Below are positions 42,004 to 55,180 of a stretch of 64,000 nt of DNA, piece by piece (the first letter of the stretch is position 1; each line of letters starts with the position of its first letter). The stretch lies in contig OZ024746.1 of NCBI GenBank assembly GCA_964016885.1, positions 6,696,001-6,760,000 on the forward strand. Direction: 5' to 3'. A program made the translations under genes and the position numbers. Below the pieces are notes generated by a model that saw nothing but the letters and a program-made list of their open reading frames with translations, did not search any database and was not told where the DNA came from. The stretch is from Eledone cirrhosa (lineage: Eukaryota).

Positions 42004-42340
42004 ATACCCATCTTCCGGCTTCTCTAGAGAATCGTAAAAGCACATATCGTTATATGCTTTTTCTATGAAAATTAGTAGTGGGCAGACTAATTTGCATAGA
42101 ACGTTTTTTAGTGGGCAGACTAATTTGCATAGAACGTTTTTTCCTTGAAAACCCGTATGACTCTAAAACCCGGTTTGTCTGTTTGGTTACATACAGACTA
42201 GCTGGACACTCACAGTAAAGTGTCCAGTGAAAAACTCAGTACATGTACATATGTATACATGTGTGTATTTATATGCATACTAGTATTTCAGTATACATAT
42301 GTAGATGTACACTTTTAACTTAATTATATATACATATATG

Positions 42341-42377
<37 letters not shown>

Positions 42378-42387
42378 CTATATATAC

Positions 42388-42418
<31 letters not shown>

Positions 42419-42487
42419 CATACATATATACATATATACATATATACATACATATATGTCTACATACATATATATATATACATATAT

Positions 42488-42561
<74 letters not shown>

Positions 42562-42582
42562 GATATATAGATATATATATAT

Positions 42583-42651
<69 letters not shown>

Positions 42652-44094
42652 CATATATACATATATACATACGTATATATATATGTATGTATGGTGGCTG
42701 CAAACTCTGCTAAGAGTTCTGCAATCGCTTGTCACATTATAGAATTTGGTGCACTTTTAGGCTAAACCCAGCCACACAAACCTGTAACATATCCTGAACA
42801 AGCAATGCCTGTGCTTTGAACATTTTTTTTAAGTTGGGAAAGGCCTTGCACTCGACCAATCCCATTCTCTGACCATCGAAAACACTACCCAAAAAGGAGA
42901 ACTGGTCAACATCATCGGATGCTTCTGAAGCCGCAGCTTTTTTTTTTTTTTAGAGTTTCCCACTTCTAAAAGAAAAAAAGTACCATTGGGATGGCCGTTG
43001 ACTCTGTTGAGTTCTTCCGCCCTTTGCCGGGTCTTGTGTTTCATCCCGCATGGTGTCCAAATATCACCCTCCTCACCAAGCAAGCTTGGTGGCGTTGCCG
43101 GTTTAGTCGCCGACGACCCGACCATGAGTCAGGTCGCTCTCGAGTGTTTTGAGGGTGGTAGGTTGGCAGAGATCGGTAGAGGGTTGGACGCCATGCTTTC
43201 TAGCATAGTTCCGTCCTTTTACGGTCTGAGTTCAAATCCCATCGAGGTTAACTTTGTCTTACCTCCTTACGGGGTCGATAAAATAAAGTACCAGTAATGT
43301 ACTGGGTAATTGCTGGCCTTGTGCCAAAAGTAGAAACAATTATTATATTACACTCTGTCTAGCTCTACACCTAGCAGAGTCGTTAAAACCAATACCACAA
43401 GATACTTTGTGATATTGGTTCCGGCTCTCTGAGTTCAAATCCCACTAAGGTCAGCTTTGCCTTTCTTCTTTTTGAGGTCGATAAAAAGTGTACCAGTCTA
43501 ATGGTCTAATTTAACATAAGACAGAAAAATATGAGAACATCCTGTGACACAATATATCATGATAAGGCGATGATGCCTTATCATGATATATTGTGTCATA
43601 TATTAGCATATATATTTTTAAACTTTCTAAAAGTTTAGCTCCCACACCCCTATCTTGTTCCAATTAACAAAAAAAACAATCTATACAAAACTTTAGCTCA
43701 AGCGGACAACTGCAAGGCGACCCTCATCGACCCTGGAATTTTGAAGTTTTCACCCGGAAAGTCATTTTTTCAGATAAAAATTTGTTATATCTGACATAAT
43801 TTTCTCTTAAATTAAAAACTTGTTCAGACTTATTCTTGGTATTAGAAGGATAAGTGACAATGAATATAATGGGGAAGGTAACTTGCAAAGCTGGGGACAA
43901 GGCGCAGGTGTAGGGCAAACACCTATTTTTCGCTGGGGGAGCAGCAAAATTTTAACTTTTGAAAAATTACCTATTGCTAAGGGCCACCCTAATATACATA
44001 TGTGGTTGACTGCTGAGAGAAATGAGTACTCGGTATTGAGTAATATATGTATATGTATATGCATTTTTTCTTCTAACTTTAATTTTATACCTAA

Positions 44095-44964
44095 CTAGCA
44101 GTAAAGCCCGGCGTTGCTCGGGGTCGCTCAGTAGCTGTGTTAAAGTTACAATGTTAAGTTTCTTTCTTGGCTTAAAAACTGTAGTGTCTACTGTGCAGAC
44201 TTGCATGTGGTGTTTTTGATTAATATTCCCTCAACCAACAATATGCCTTATGAAGTTAAGAAAACATAACGATAACCCGAATGTTATAACAAAAGAGGAT
44301 GCTGGGGATAGAAACTGCACTGGTTATTTATTAACAAAGATCGAAAATGTAAACACTGCAACGCAGAGAAAAACATTAGCGTAACCAAATTATCAGTTAT
44401 GTCTGTCTGCACGCCTATATCACCTCTCTGCACGACTGTCAGTCTGCACGCCTATATCACCTCTCTGCACGACTGTCTGTCTGCACGCCTATATCACCTC
44501 TCTGCACGACTGTCTGTCTGCACAACTGTCTGTCTGCACGCCTAACGACGAAATATTTGCTTGTTTTACGTAGTCTTTAAATAGACTTGTTTTCAAGTAA
44601 AAATATTGTTTTAAAATGCTTTTAAATGGAAATGAAGCAAAACGGAAGCTTAGTGTTCAACTGTTCGTGTATTGTGTTAATGTCATTTTAAACGCTGAGA
44701 AAGCCAGCGTAATTTTTTACGTAAGACGCTCAATGTAAACAGAACAAAGGGAAATAACTGATCACTTACGCTCAAAAATCGATACATTATATTCGATTTC
44801 GTCACATAGGGTGGGTCAATTTGAAATTTTTCTTTTCCGATGTCTTCGCTAGGGCTCAATGTACAAGTATAGCAATTTCGGTGCAATTCCGTGAGAGATT
44901 CTAAGAGGAGATGTGTGCCAAAAATCGATAGACAGACAGACAACCACAGTTTTATATATATAGA
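44095..44964 (-). mobile_element. Non-autonomous Helitron
   Basis: Minus strand A|TCTATATATATAAAAC ... CCCGAGCAACGCCGGG hairpin ... CTAG|T; internal 38-bp tandem repeats at ~44400-44540. Confidence 0.8.
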
Positions 44965-45323
44965 TTGTGTATGGTTGATGATATATTTAATCGATTTCCA
45001 CGTGCTATTGAAATGCTGGGTAAATATTCTATAGCTGTTGATAGCGAATAGATGGCTGTCGTTTATTTATCTATTATTTCTTCACAGGTGCCTTTTAATC
45101 TTATAGCCTGGTTTAATTGTTTTTTTTTTGTGTGGTTGATTATGCTAATTGGGAGAGGAAATTAAGTATATATCTTATCAAATGATTCTAAGGACATAAT
45201 TTATAGTATATATATATATATATATATATATATGCAGAGGTTATATTTTATTTGTTGGGATTCAACAAGCTTAAAAATGTTATAACTGATATAAAGCACT
45301 CAACAATTTAGTAGAGTAAATAC

Positions 45324-45386
45324 ATTTATCTGATGAGAGCGCACCATAATTTACCTTGGTTGCCGTTGAAATATGTATAATAAAAT
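45324..45386 (+). ncRNA. Hammerhead ribozyme motif (solo PLE tail)
   Basis: ATTTAT CTGATGA ...GCACCA...TGGTTGC... GAAA TATGTA TA ATAAA; a decayed relative (CAGATGA, internal deletion) is at ~12420-12500. Confidence 0.55.
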
Positions 45387-45425
45387 AAATATGGTTTTAT
45401 AAATATAGTTTCCATTTATTAATGT

Positions 45426-45462
<37 letters not shown>

Positions 45463-45471
45463 GTGTGTGTG

Positions 45472-45551
<80 letters not shown>

Positions 45552-45659
45552 ACGAGGAATCAGTATTGCATCAAATCACAATTTATTAACATATTACATG
45601 TTTCTCCGTCTATCAGCTCCCTCTTCTCATTGTATTTCTATATAAACAAGTACATAGAT

Positions 45660-46127
45660 ACAATGAGAGGAAGGAGAGCAAGGAGAGCAATGAGAAAAGG
45701 AGACCAAGGAGAGCAATGATAAAAGGAGAGTAGGGAGAGCAATGAGTAAAGAAGAGCAAGGTGAGCAAGAAGAAAAGGAGAGCAAGGAGAGCAGGGGGAA
45801 TGAGAGTAAGGAGAGCAAGGAGAACAAGGAGAGCAATGAGAAAAGGAGAGCAAGGAGAAAAGAAGAGGAAGGGGAGCAAGGAGAGCAATGAGAAAAGGAA
45901 GGCAAAGAGAGCAAGGAGAGCAAGGAGAACAATGAGAAAAGAAGAGCAAGGAGAGCAAGGAGAAAAGGAGATCAAGGAGAGCAATGAGAAAAGGAGAGCA
46001 AGAAGAAAAGAGGCCAAGGGGAGCAAAGAGAGCAAGGAGAGCAAGGAGGAAAGGAGGCCAAGGAGAGCAAAGAGAGAATGAGAAAAGGAGAGCAATGAGA
46101 AAAGGAGGGCAAGGAGAGCAAGGAGAG
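45660..46127. repeat. Purine-rich low-complexity repeat (AAGGAGAGC-based)
   Basis: Direct inspection. Confidence 0.9.
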
Positions 46128-46357
46128 GTTAAGACAAATATAGTTCAAGTTATGCTGGAAGCATCTCATGTTATTATTTTTTACACTTTTCCTACGTTCT
46201 TTTACGTTCCCTACGTCTCTTTCTACGCTCCCTCTTACATCTCTCTCTCATTACCACCTGGTTTTCTTACTCGCAGATTTACCCATCTGCATTGTTGACT
46301 ATTTTTCATATTCCACAATGCTTCAAGCAAACTTTAACCCTCTCTTATATATATATA

Positions 46358-46543
46358 TAACGAAGGAAATGTGATAAGGAACCAGGTGGACCATAACGCA
46401 CCAAAGTACTCAATACTTAGGGTAGTAGAGTGGGTAATAGGAACAAGTAAGACCCCGACGGCTGAGCTCAAGCCGTTTCGACGGCTAAGTCCAGATTTAG
46501 CCGTCGAAACGGCTTGAGCTCAACCGTCGGGGTCTTACTTGTT

Positions 46544-46547
<4 letters not shown>
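46358..46547. mobile_element. Short palindromic PLE-tail element family (copies 12746-12857, 37694-37862, 37879-37991, 46358-46547, 50396-50589)
   Basis: Shared GGACCATAACGCACCAGAGTACTCAATACTTAGGGTAGTAGAGTGGG body; each has an inverted duplicated end and (TA)n flanks. Confidence 0.8.
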
Positions 46548-46636
<89 letters not shown>

Positions 46637-46724
46637 CAGATATCGGATAAGAAGCACTCTACAGTTTGTAGGACTGGAGTATACATAATATATAAGATCA
46701 AAAGATGGTTAAAGGAGTTCCATG

Positions 46725-46795
46725 TATTTTATTATGCGCATTTCAAAAACAAACATCATCATGCAATAATATTTGTGTTTTCATCAGATAAAACA
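46725..46795 (-). ncRNA. Minimal hammerhead ribozyme (mirror copy of 46914-46984)
   Basis: Other arm of the perfect palindrome 46689-47020. Confidence 0.72.
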
Positions 46796-46913
46796 GGAGA
46801 ACATGATATGAAGGCTAAAAAACACTTGTGGATAGTGCAGTTTTAAATCAACATATGTTGATTTAAAACTGCACTATCCACAAGTGTTTTTTAGCCTTCA
46901 TATCATGTTCTCC

Positions 46914-46984
46914 TGTTTTATCTGATGAAAACACAAATATTATTGCATGATGATGTTTGTTTTTGAAATGCGCATAATAAAATA
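46914..46984 (+). ncRNA. Minimal hammerhead ribozyme
   Basis: TGTTTTAT CTGATGA ... GAAA TGCGCA TA ATAAAATA; palindromic ATGCGCAT stem III, AUA site; stem II imperfect. Confidence 0.72.
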
Positions 46985-47012
46985 CATGGAACTCCTTTAA
47001 CCATCTTTTGAT

Positions 47013-47049
<37 letters not shown>

Positions 47050-47054
<5 letters not shown>

Positions 47055-49350
47055 AAGAAAGAAGGGTAACATGGTTAGCTGTACAATAATTGATCAGGTG
47101 TGTCTAGAGTTCGCTAATCGCTTGAGGTTGCGTCAATCGATCTCCAATACATTGTTTACCACTGGTCAACACATCAGAGCACGTAGATATGAACATAGTT
47201 CACTCGAAGCAAGACTTATATAGAAAAGTAGCGTAACACCAAAACAATAACATCAATAATAAAATAGCGTTTAAATAAAATAATAACATCAATAGTAAAA
47301 CATGTATGGTAAATAGAGAAGCTACAGATGTAAAAAAGTAAAATATAAGATAGGGTACATTAAAAAATAATAATAATTGTTTCTACTTTTGGTTTGGCAC
47401 AAGGCCACCAATTATCCCAGTGTATTACTGGTACTTTATTATATCGATCCCGTAAGGATGAAAGGCAAAGTTAACCTTGGCGGGATTTGAACGCAGTAAG
47501 AAGAAAATGAGGAAATGGAGAATACAAAGAAATAAAAGAAATAAAAGAATGAGAGAGTGTACGTAGAATTAGATTTTAGTAGTTTTTGAGGAAGTGTATT
47601 TTGGTGCTAACATGAAAAACCAGATTTGAGATGTAGATAAATTTGTTGGAGGGTCCGATAAAGGAAAGACAATAAATTAGAGATTAATTGATGTATGATA
47701 ATTATGGGATGACACGCCTTTTGATGAACGTTTGTTGTAGATGTTTTGCTGGTTGTTCTATCTTGATGGAGAGAGGGTGGAAGAAGTGTACAGAGATGGC
47801 AGTTTGATAGCTAATAGTGGTACGATAGTATTACTTCTATGTTAAAATCTAGGTGGTTCAGTACTCATTTTGGGATTGCTGGTTCAAATCATGGTGGTTT
47901 GAAGTTCGTAAATCTAGTAGCTATTTTATGCCTACAGAAAATGGATTTTTCTATTTTGCTGTTGAGCAGCATCCTATCGTGCCTTAAAATATGTAGCAGT
48001 TCTAAATTACAGAGCGCCCGCAGTAGGACATACCGTTGCTGTAGGCTTTTGCTGTCGATAATTTCGACCAGCTAATCTTATATTCTAGGTTTTTGTCCTT
48101 AAACTGCCAGATTTTATTGGCGAGCGTGAAAGTTCTCCAGTGCGCGGTTCCTCGTGGAGTGTCTGTGGACGTACCACCTTTTCTTAAACTCCCCAGCTGT
48201 GGAACCTATGTAGTGCCAAGTAGAGTTGCCTGAATTCACAGTACACAGGTATACCATGCTCGAATCCAGGCATCTATTCTGTAGTGGGCACTTATCTAGT
48301 AGGTGGCAATTACAATTTGAGGTTTTATTTTGTGCAGGTTTGTCGTTGCGTTTTTGTAAGTTGTTGTGTGTGGGTTGTGATTTAGGCCTATTAATGTTTT
48401 GTTGTGATGCGTTCTAATGCATTTGTGGTTGTGATGTTATATGTTTGTGTTTTGTATTTGGTGCTATGGTACGTGTTGGTAGATTAATTTCTTTAGAGAT
48501 ATTTTTGTGGTTGGTCTTACGTATGTGCGATTCTATATTAGCTGCAGTAGAGTATGAAAGTTTTATAGTTTTTCTATTGAAGATTTTGTGGTATTTGTGT
48601 AGTGTAGGGAAGTGTTTATCTATTAGTTTAAAGAATGTAGACGGTAGTTTAGTTTTTATAGAGGAGTTGAATATCGGATAGAACCATAGGTATTTTCTTT
48701 CTCTGGTTCTTCTATAGTTTTGGGGGTTCCTATTATTAGTGTTCTGTTCAGTTATTTTTGGTGCTCGTTGTCTAATTCTATGTTTAGTCCTATGCTTGTT
48801 ATTTCTGTATGAGCGAGTAGTGTTGATGTCATTAGGTTTGTTGTTGTCGCTGTCTAGAATGTATGTCTCTGTCTAGTATGTAGCTTCTATTTATGTCCAG
48901 CCTTATGTAAAGCTATGTTATAATAGTTTGCGTGTTCATTAAAGATTTCTAGGTTCGAAGATAGACGGGATATTCTGAGGGATATACTATGTGCTATGGA
49001 GTTAATTAAGGATTGGGGGTGGGTTGAGTTGTAACTAATGTAGGCTAGATTTTCGTTATTCTTATGGAAGGGCTCTATTAATCCTGTGCTTAGGTTGAGA
49101 GTTACATCTAAGAAATTTGCTTTTTTAGAGTTAAGTTCGAAACAATTGTCAGTACTTTAAATAAAGCCCTTATTGTACAGCCAACCATGTTACTCTTCTT
49201 TCTTTAACTATTATTACTCCAAGTATAACCTGCATAGAAATTACCGCGAACTCGCTGCATAACTATGGAAACATCTTGTTGGGTCAAACAAAGCCGTACG
49301 TTAAAACTATCCACGACGCGGAGTACTCTAACTGGATTACCTCTAACTGG
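47050..49350 (-). mobile_element. Decayed Penelope-like element (Naiad-like) with an inverted terminal copy at the 5'-truncated end
   Basis: Minus strand: NFLDVTL, LWFYP, CNCHLLDKCPLQNRCL..MVYLC..YIGSTAGEFKKRW..LCNLE..LLN..CRHK; 49171-49210 = reverse complement of 47050-47089. Confidence 0.8.
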
Positions 49351-49611
49351 TTATATATATATATATATACATATATACATATACATATATACATACATAT
49401 ATACATATGTACATATATACATATATACACACATATATACATACATGCATACACACATGCATACACATGTATATACATATATATACACATATATACATAC
49501 ATACACACATACAAACATATGATTATATATTTATATGCATATATATGTACACACACACACACGCACACACGCACACACGCACACACACACATGTACATAC
49601 CTATATATATA

Positions 49612-49659
<48 letters not shown>

Positions 49660-50758
49660 GTGCGCGCGTGCGCGTGCGCGTGTGTGTGTGTGTGTGCGCG
49701 CGCGCGATGGTGTGTGTGTGTGTGTGTGTGTAAGGGGGCGAAAGAGAGGACGGCGAGTTTTCGGGAGGAAATATGGATAATTGCAGAAATAACTATGTTG
49801 ATATTGATTTCTTTGTAAGAGAAAATGTAATTAAATCGAATCAGCTATATAGATCATAATTTGGCAGTAAAGATTTACTGACAATCTTCATAAAAACCAT
49901 AATAAGAGCGAAATACAATAGGTGGAACTAACGAACGGAGACAATAATTGATAGGAAGTCACACAAAAAAAAACATACAGTTATGATTATTACAGGAGCT
50001 TATAAATTTACGTCTAATCTACTCGGATGCTGAAAGTTATAATTTTAACCTTTTCATGAGTATATTTCTAATCAAATACTTCCCGGGGGAAGTATTTGAT
50101 TAGAAAACATCACTTAGCATTTATTTTTATTTTTGTAATTACATTAAACATGTTGAATTAATAAATTGAGAGATCACAGCTGCGATACTATGGACATGTG
50201 GTTAGAATATCTCTATAAAGAATCGCTGGACAGATTTTATGGGCAAAACCTTATGGATTGTCTCTCTGTTGACCACTGACGGCTGGTCTCTGTCTTCTAA
50301 GCCATTTTTACCCATTTCTGTCTCTGACAGGATTTAGCTGTTTTAACGGCTGTTCTAGCGATGAGTCATCTCATATATATATATATATATATATATAGGA
50401 AAAAGTATGACCCCGACGGCAGAGCTCAAGCCGTTTCGACGGCTATTTCTGTCCAGAAATAGCCGTCGAAACGGCTTGAGCTCTGCCGTCGGGGTCATAC
50501 TTTTTCCTATTTCCCACTCTACTACCCTAAGTATTGAGTACTCTGGTGCGTTATGGTCCATCTGGTTCCTTACCACTATTCCTTTGTTATATAGTAATAA
50601 TAATAAATGTGAATACTAAAATCCAAAAAGACTGAAAGAGATGACCCTGTTGTAAACAGACGAAACTCTAAAACTCCGGAGTAATTAAGACTCACTATTT
50701 AGCCTCAATAAAATGAATTTATACATATATACATATATACACATACACATATATATAT

Positions 50759-51005
50759 AGTGGAGGCGCATGGATTAGTGGTTAGAGCATTGGGCTTGCA
50801 ATCGAAAGGTTTTGAGTTTAATTCTCGGACCAGGTGATGTGTTGTTTCCTTGAGCAAGACACTTTATTTCACGTTGCTTCAGTTTACTCAGTTGTAGAAA
50901 TGAGATGGTAGGACTGGGGTCTCTATCATTAAATCACCCAAGACACCTCCAACGAGATACACCTTGGAGGAGGCCAGCTAAACCTGCATAGGTGTGAGCT
51001 GTCAC
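50759..51005 (+). mobile_element. Second tRNA-derived SINE family (minus-strand copy at ~6335-6520; relatives at ~29150 and ~60560)
   Basis: A-box TGGATTAGTGG, B-box-like GAGTTTAATTCTC, core CCTTGAGCAAGACACTTTATTTCAC. Confidence 0.7.
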
Positions 51006-51517
51006 ACACACATATATATAGTTAAGACGTGAAGTTGAAAATGCACAGAAGTATATTTAAAGATTATTTTTCTTATAATAATTTTATAATTGTTGCATTA
51101 AATTTAACCGGTTTCGATTGGTATAACAATCTTATCAAATAATAAATGCTCACAGAAGACATGAAAAAAACATTTTTTAAATACTTAATATCTAATATTT
51201 GATAAGATTATTATACCAATCGAAACCGGTTAAATTTAATGCAACAATTATAAAATTAATATTTAAATATATTTACATCTGTGCATTCTCACCGTCACTT
51301 TTTAATTATAGCCTTTTTTTTGTATGGGATTTTAACCCCTTTTCAAATATATATATATAGTAATAATAATAAATGTGAAGACTAAAATCCAAAGAGGGAT
51401 CGATAAGTCGATAAGGATATATATATTTCAAATGTATAAGAACCCTAGAGCAAATAGAAGATCCCGTTAAGGGTGAAAGCAGCGATTCTTTGCTTAAACT
51501 TTAATCTGTTATTTTAA

Positions 51518-51604
<87 letters not shown>

Positions 51605-51639
51605 TCACAAGAATCAAAGCTATGTTCAAAGCATTTATT

Positions 51640-51686
51640 CACTTACAATTGTTTCATCCAAACCTAGGCTTGGAGTCTTCGGAGCA
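51640..51686 (-). ncRNA. Hammerhead motif (U4->C variant or decayed)
   Basis: TGCT CCGAAGA CTCCAAG CCTAGG TTTGGAT GAAAC AATT GTA AGTG, then AATAAA and (TA)n. Confidence 0.5.
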
Positions 51687-51820
51687 TTTTTCAATGTGTG
51701 TACACATACTTGACCTCCTTTCCAACGCAAGAGACATACAGATACATATGTATATATTGATGTACAGTGGAGTGGCATATATTAACCATGACAGTTCATA
51801 ACCATAAATAGTATCCTTAA

Positions 51821-51879
<59 letters not shown>

Positions 51880-52475
51880 GAGAGAGGGGGGGGGCTAGGA
51901 GTGATGATTACTATGTTGTGGCGTGTACTTCTTTAGCAGTGTTAGTGAAGTGAAACGGCTTTAATCTAAAATAAAAGTTACAACGGTCAAAAGCCCAGCA
52001 ACATACCACTAGATATTCAACGTCCATTAATGTAGCCACAATAGCGTTTCTTTCTCTTTCTCCCTCCGTAAAATAAACAGCACCCAATTACTGAAGAGGG
52101 AGATGGTTTAATCAATAATTCCTGTCTTATAAAATAAATGGCTTTGTTTCTATGTTAGAAATTCTTAACAGTCTTTACAATCGCACCATGGAAACCTGGA
52201 TCTTGATTTTCACTGTAACACATTTATACAATGTTAACTCTCTTAATTCTATAACTGATTAATCTATTGTACAACAAAACATCGGTGTCAATTATCCAGA
52301 GATGCCATGTGCATAACATCTCATAGAAATTTACTTCAATCATTTATTTTTCTAGAAGACTAACTTCCATGTCCAATCGATTTATAATTCTGTAATTCTA
52401 GTTAGTGATTCTCTCATAACTCTTTCTATACGGTGAATTCTATACTTCGCTGATGAGGTCTAAAAATGTTAAATA

Positions 52476-52957
52476 CTAGCAGAAAAACAACCCTTCGGGT
52501 GGTTTTTCTGCTAGCATGTGTGGTGTATATATTGATATTATACACAGGTATATATGCATGTAGATATGATACATCAAATAAAATCGTAATAGACAATATC
52601 CACAGAAATTGAACGAAGACTGCGTTACACTGTTTTATGTAATCAGTAAAGTAATCCATGATACATTAAAAAAAGACAATATTATATATAAACTGCATTA
52701 GGAGAAAATTAGTGACGGAAATATATGAATTTAAGCGATCGCTAACCGGAAGTGTTGACATTTGAACATTTTAAAGAAGTGAATCTTTAAATAAGCAATA
52801 AAATATATTTAATCAACAGCCATAATTTATCTAGTAGATAAATTATGTAATATTCATTAATTATTTATTCAAAGTAATCCAACTTATTTTACAAACGGGA
52901 TAAAAAAAAATATATTCTGGACGCAGTCCCGCACTCCTTACTTTATTATAGTTTAGA
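52476..52957 (-). mobile_element. Non-autonomous Helitron (~480 bp)
   Basis: A|TCTAAACTATAATAAAG ... hairpin ... CTAG|T. Confidence 0.75.
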
Positions 52958-53839
52958 TATTCAGGGTCAGGGTTGGATTTAGACCTTATGGGCCCATGGG
53001 GAACTTCAGGTTTGGTGGGGACACATACATAAAAAAAAATTAGAATACACAGCAAACCCCCCAATTTTACATATTTGTAATTCTTCTGTGCAAAAGATGT
53101 TAATGTGTTGTTTTTAAATTCAGAAGAATTTCAGAATGAATCAGACGAATGTAAACTTTTCATTGACAGCCCAAGACTCAGTTCGGTGGTTTTGTTGTGT
53201 AATAAAACCATCGACATCGAATTGAAAAAATTTTAATAATTCGAGTACAATTGGATTTGTAGAGATTTGAAAGCGTTTAAATATAAGTTTGAAAGCAGAG
53301 GCAATAGAGAGAAATTGCAGCTAGACCCTGTCAACATCTCTATACGGTTTAAATACATAGCGAGACTCCGATTTCCAAATGACTAAATGTCAACAGAAAA
53401 GCACCCATGTGTTATAACCCGGATGTGGCCCGGCCTCCTTACAGGGTAAAACGTTAAGGAACGAAACACTCGTTTGTGTGGAGGGGATTCTTCTCTGAAG
53501 ACTTTCTGCTGTCCAGCTCTCCTGAGTGTTTCTTACTACATTCTGTTATTTGGCGTTTATAGAAACGTTCAAACTAAAAGAGATCATTAACAGAGAAATG
53601 AATGACCGGAAAGAAGTTTCTGTGAAAAAATGGATATCATTATCCCAGAAAGCATCTTTCTCCCAGCAACTAAAATTGGTGAAAAAATGTGTTGTTTTAG
53701 ATAATGGAGTCAACTTTAATATCTGTGTGAACTATATCCTAAATTGAAGGCAAACATCTTTGGTGAGCCAATTTACAGCCCTTTTCGTAATTAAAATTAA
53801 TGAGAAGGATTTCAGTTTTATTTTTATTTTTCTTATTTA

Positions 53840-54152
53840 TTTGTGTGTGTGTGTGTCTGTGTCTGTGTGTATGTGTGTGTGCGTATGGCTGTCTGTGTGT
53901 CTGTGTATGTGTGTGTGTGTGTGTGTGTGTCTGTGTGTATGTCTGTGTGTATGTGTGTGCGTGTGTCTGTCTGTGTGTATGTGTGTGTGTGTGTGTCTGT
54001 GTGTGTGTGTGTCTGTGTGTCTGTGTCTATGTCTGTGTGTATGTGTGTGTGCGTGTGTCTGTCTGTGTGTATGTGTATGTGTGTAGTAATGTGTCAGTGA
54101 TATATATATCTGTGTGTGAGTGTGTGTGTGTGTGTGCAGTAATGTGTCTGTG

Positions 54153-54188
<36 letters not shown>

Positions 54189-54203
54189 AGTAATGTGTCA
54201 GTG

Positions 54204-54237
<34 letters not shown>

Positions 54238-54363
54238 AGTAATGTGTCAGTGATATATATCTGTGTGTGTGTGTAGTAATGTGTCAGTGATATATATCTG
54301 TGTGTGTCTGTAGTAATGTGTCAGTGATATATATGTGTGTGTGTGTGTAGTAATGTGTCTGTG

Positions 54364-54395
<32 letters not shown>

Positions 54396-54494
54396 AGTAA
54401 TGTGTCTGTGATATATATATATATGTGTGTGTGTGTGTAGTAATGTGTCAGTGATATATATATGTGTGTGTGTGTGTGTAGTAATGTGTCAGTG

Positions 54495-54526
<32 letters not shown>

Positions 54527-54621
54527 AGTAATGTGTCTGTGATATATATATATGTGTGTGTGTGTGTGTAGTAATGTGTCAGTGATATATATATGTGTGT
54601 GTGTGTAGTAATGTGTCTGTG

Positions 54622-54659
<38 letters not shown>

Positions 54660-54674
54660 AGTAATGTGTCTGTG

Positions 54675-54708
<34 letters not shown>

Positions 54709-54811
54709 AGTAATGTGTCAGTGATATATATATATGTATGTGTGTGTGTGTGTAGTAATGTGTCAGTGATATATATATGTGTGTGTGTGTGTGTGTAGTA
54801 ATGTGTCTGTG

Positions 54812-54845
<34 letters not shown>

Positions 54846-54860
54846 AGTAATGTGTCTGTG

Positions 54861-54894
<34 letters not shown>

Positions 54895-54995
54895 AGTAAT
54901 GTGTCAGTGATATATATATATGTATGTGTGTGTGTGTGTAGTAATGTGTCAGTGATATATATATGTGTGTGTGTGTGTGTAGTAATGTGTCTGTG

Positions 54996-55027
<32 letters not shown>

Positions 55028-55042
55028 AGTAATGTGTCTGTG

Positions 55043-55082
<40 letters not shown>

Positions 55083-55097
55083 AGTAATGTGTCTGTG

Positions 55098-55131
<34 letters not shown>

Positions 55132-55146
55132 AGTAATGTGTCAGTG

Positions 55147-55180
<34 letters not shown>

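Larger units (their letters stand above)
41195..42325 (-). mobile_element. Non-coding PLE-type/retrozyme-like element: 471-bp tandem unit (one full, one partial) plus a 5' inverted fragment, in (TA)n
   Basis: 41195-41665 repeated at 41666-42104; 42140-42325 is the reverse complement of 41269-41454; TA microsatellite on both sides. Confidence 0.8.

Noticed and set aside
50759-50830. tRNA gene
   Set aside because: tRNA-like head runs into a SINE body repeated elsewhere; cloverleaf degenerate
52450-52990. CTGATGAGGTC as a hammerhead interrupted by the Helitron
   Set aside because: No GAAA after the potential stem II once the Helitron is removed
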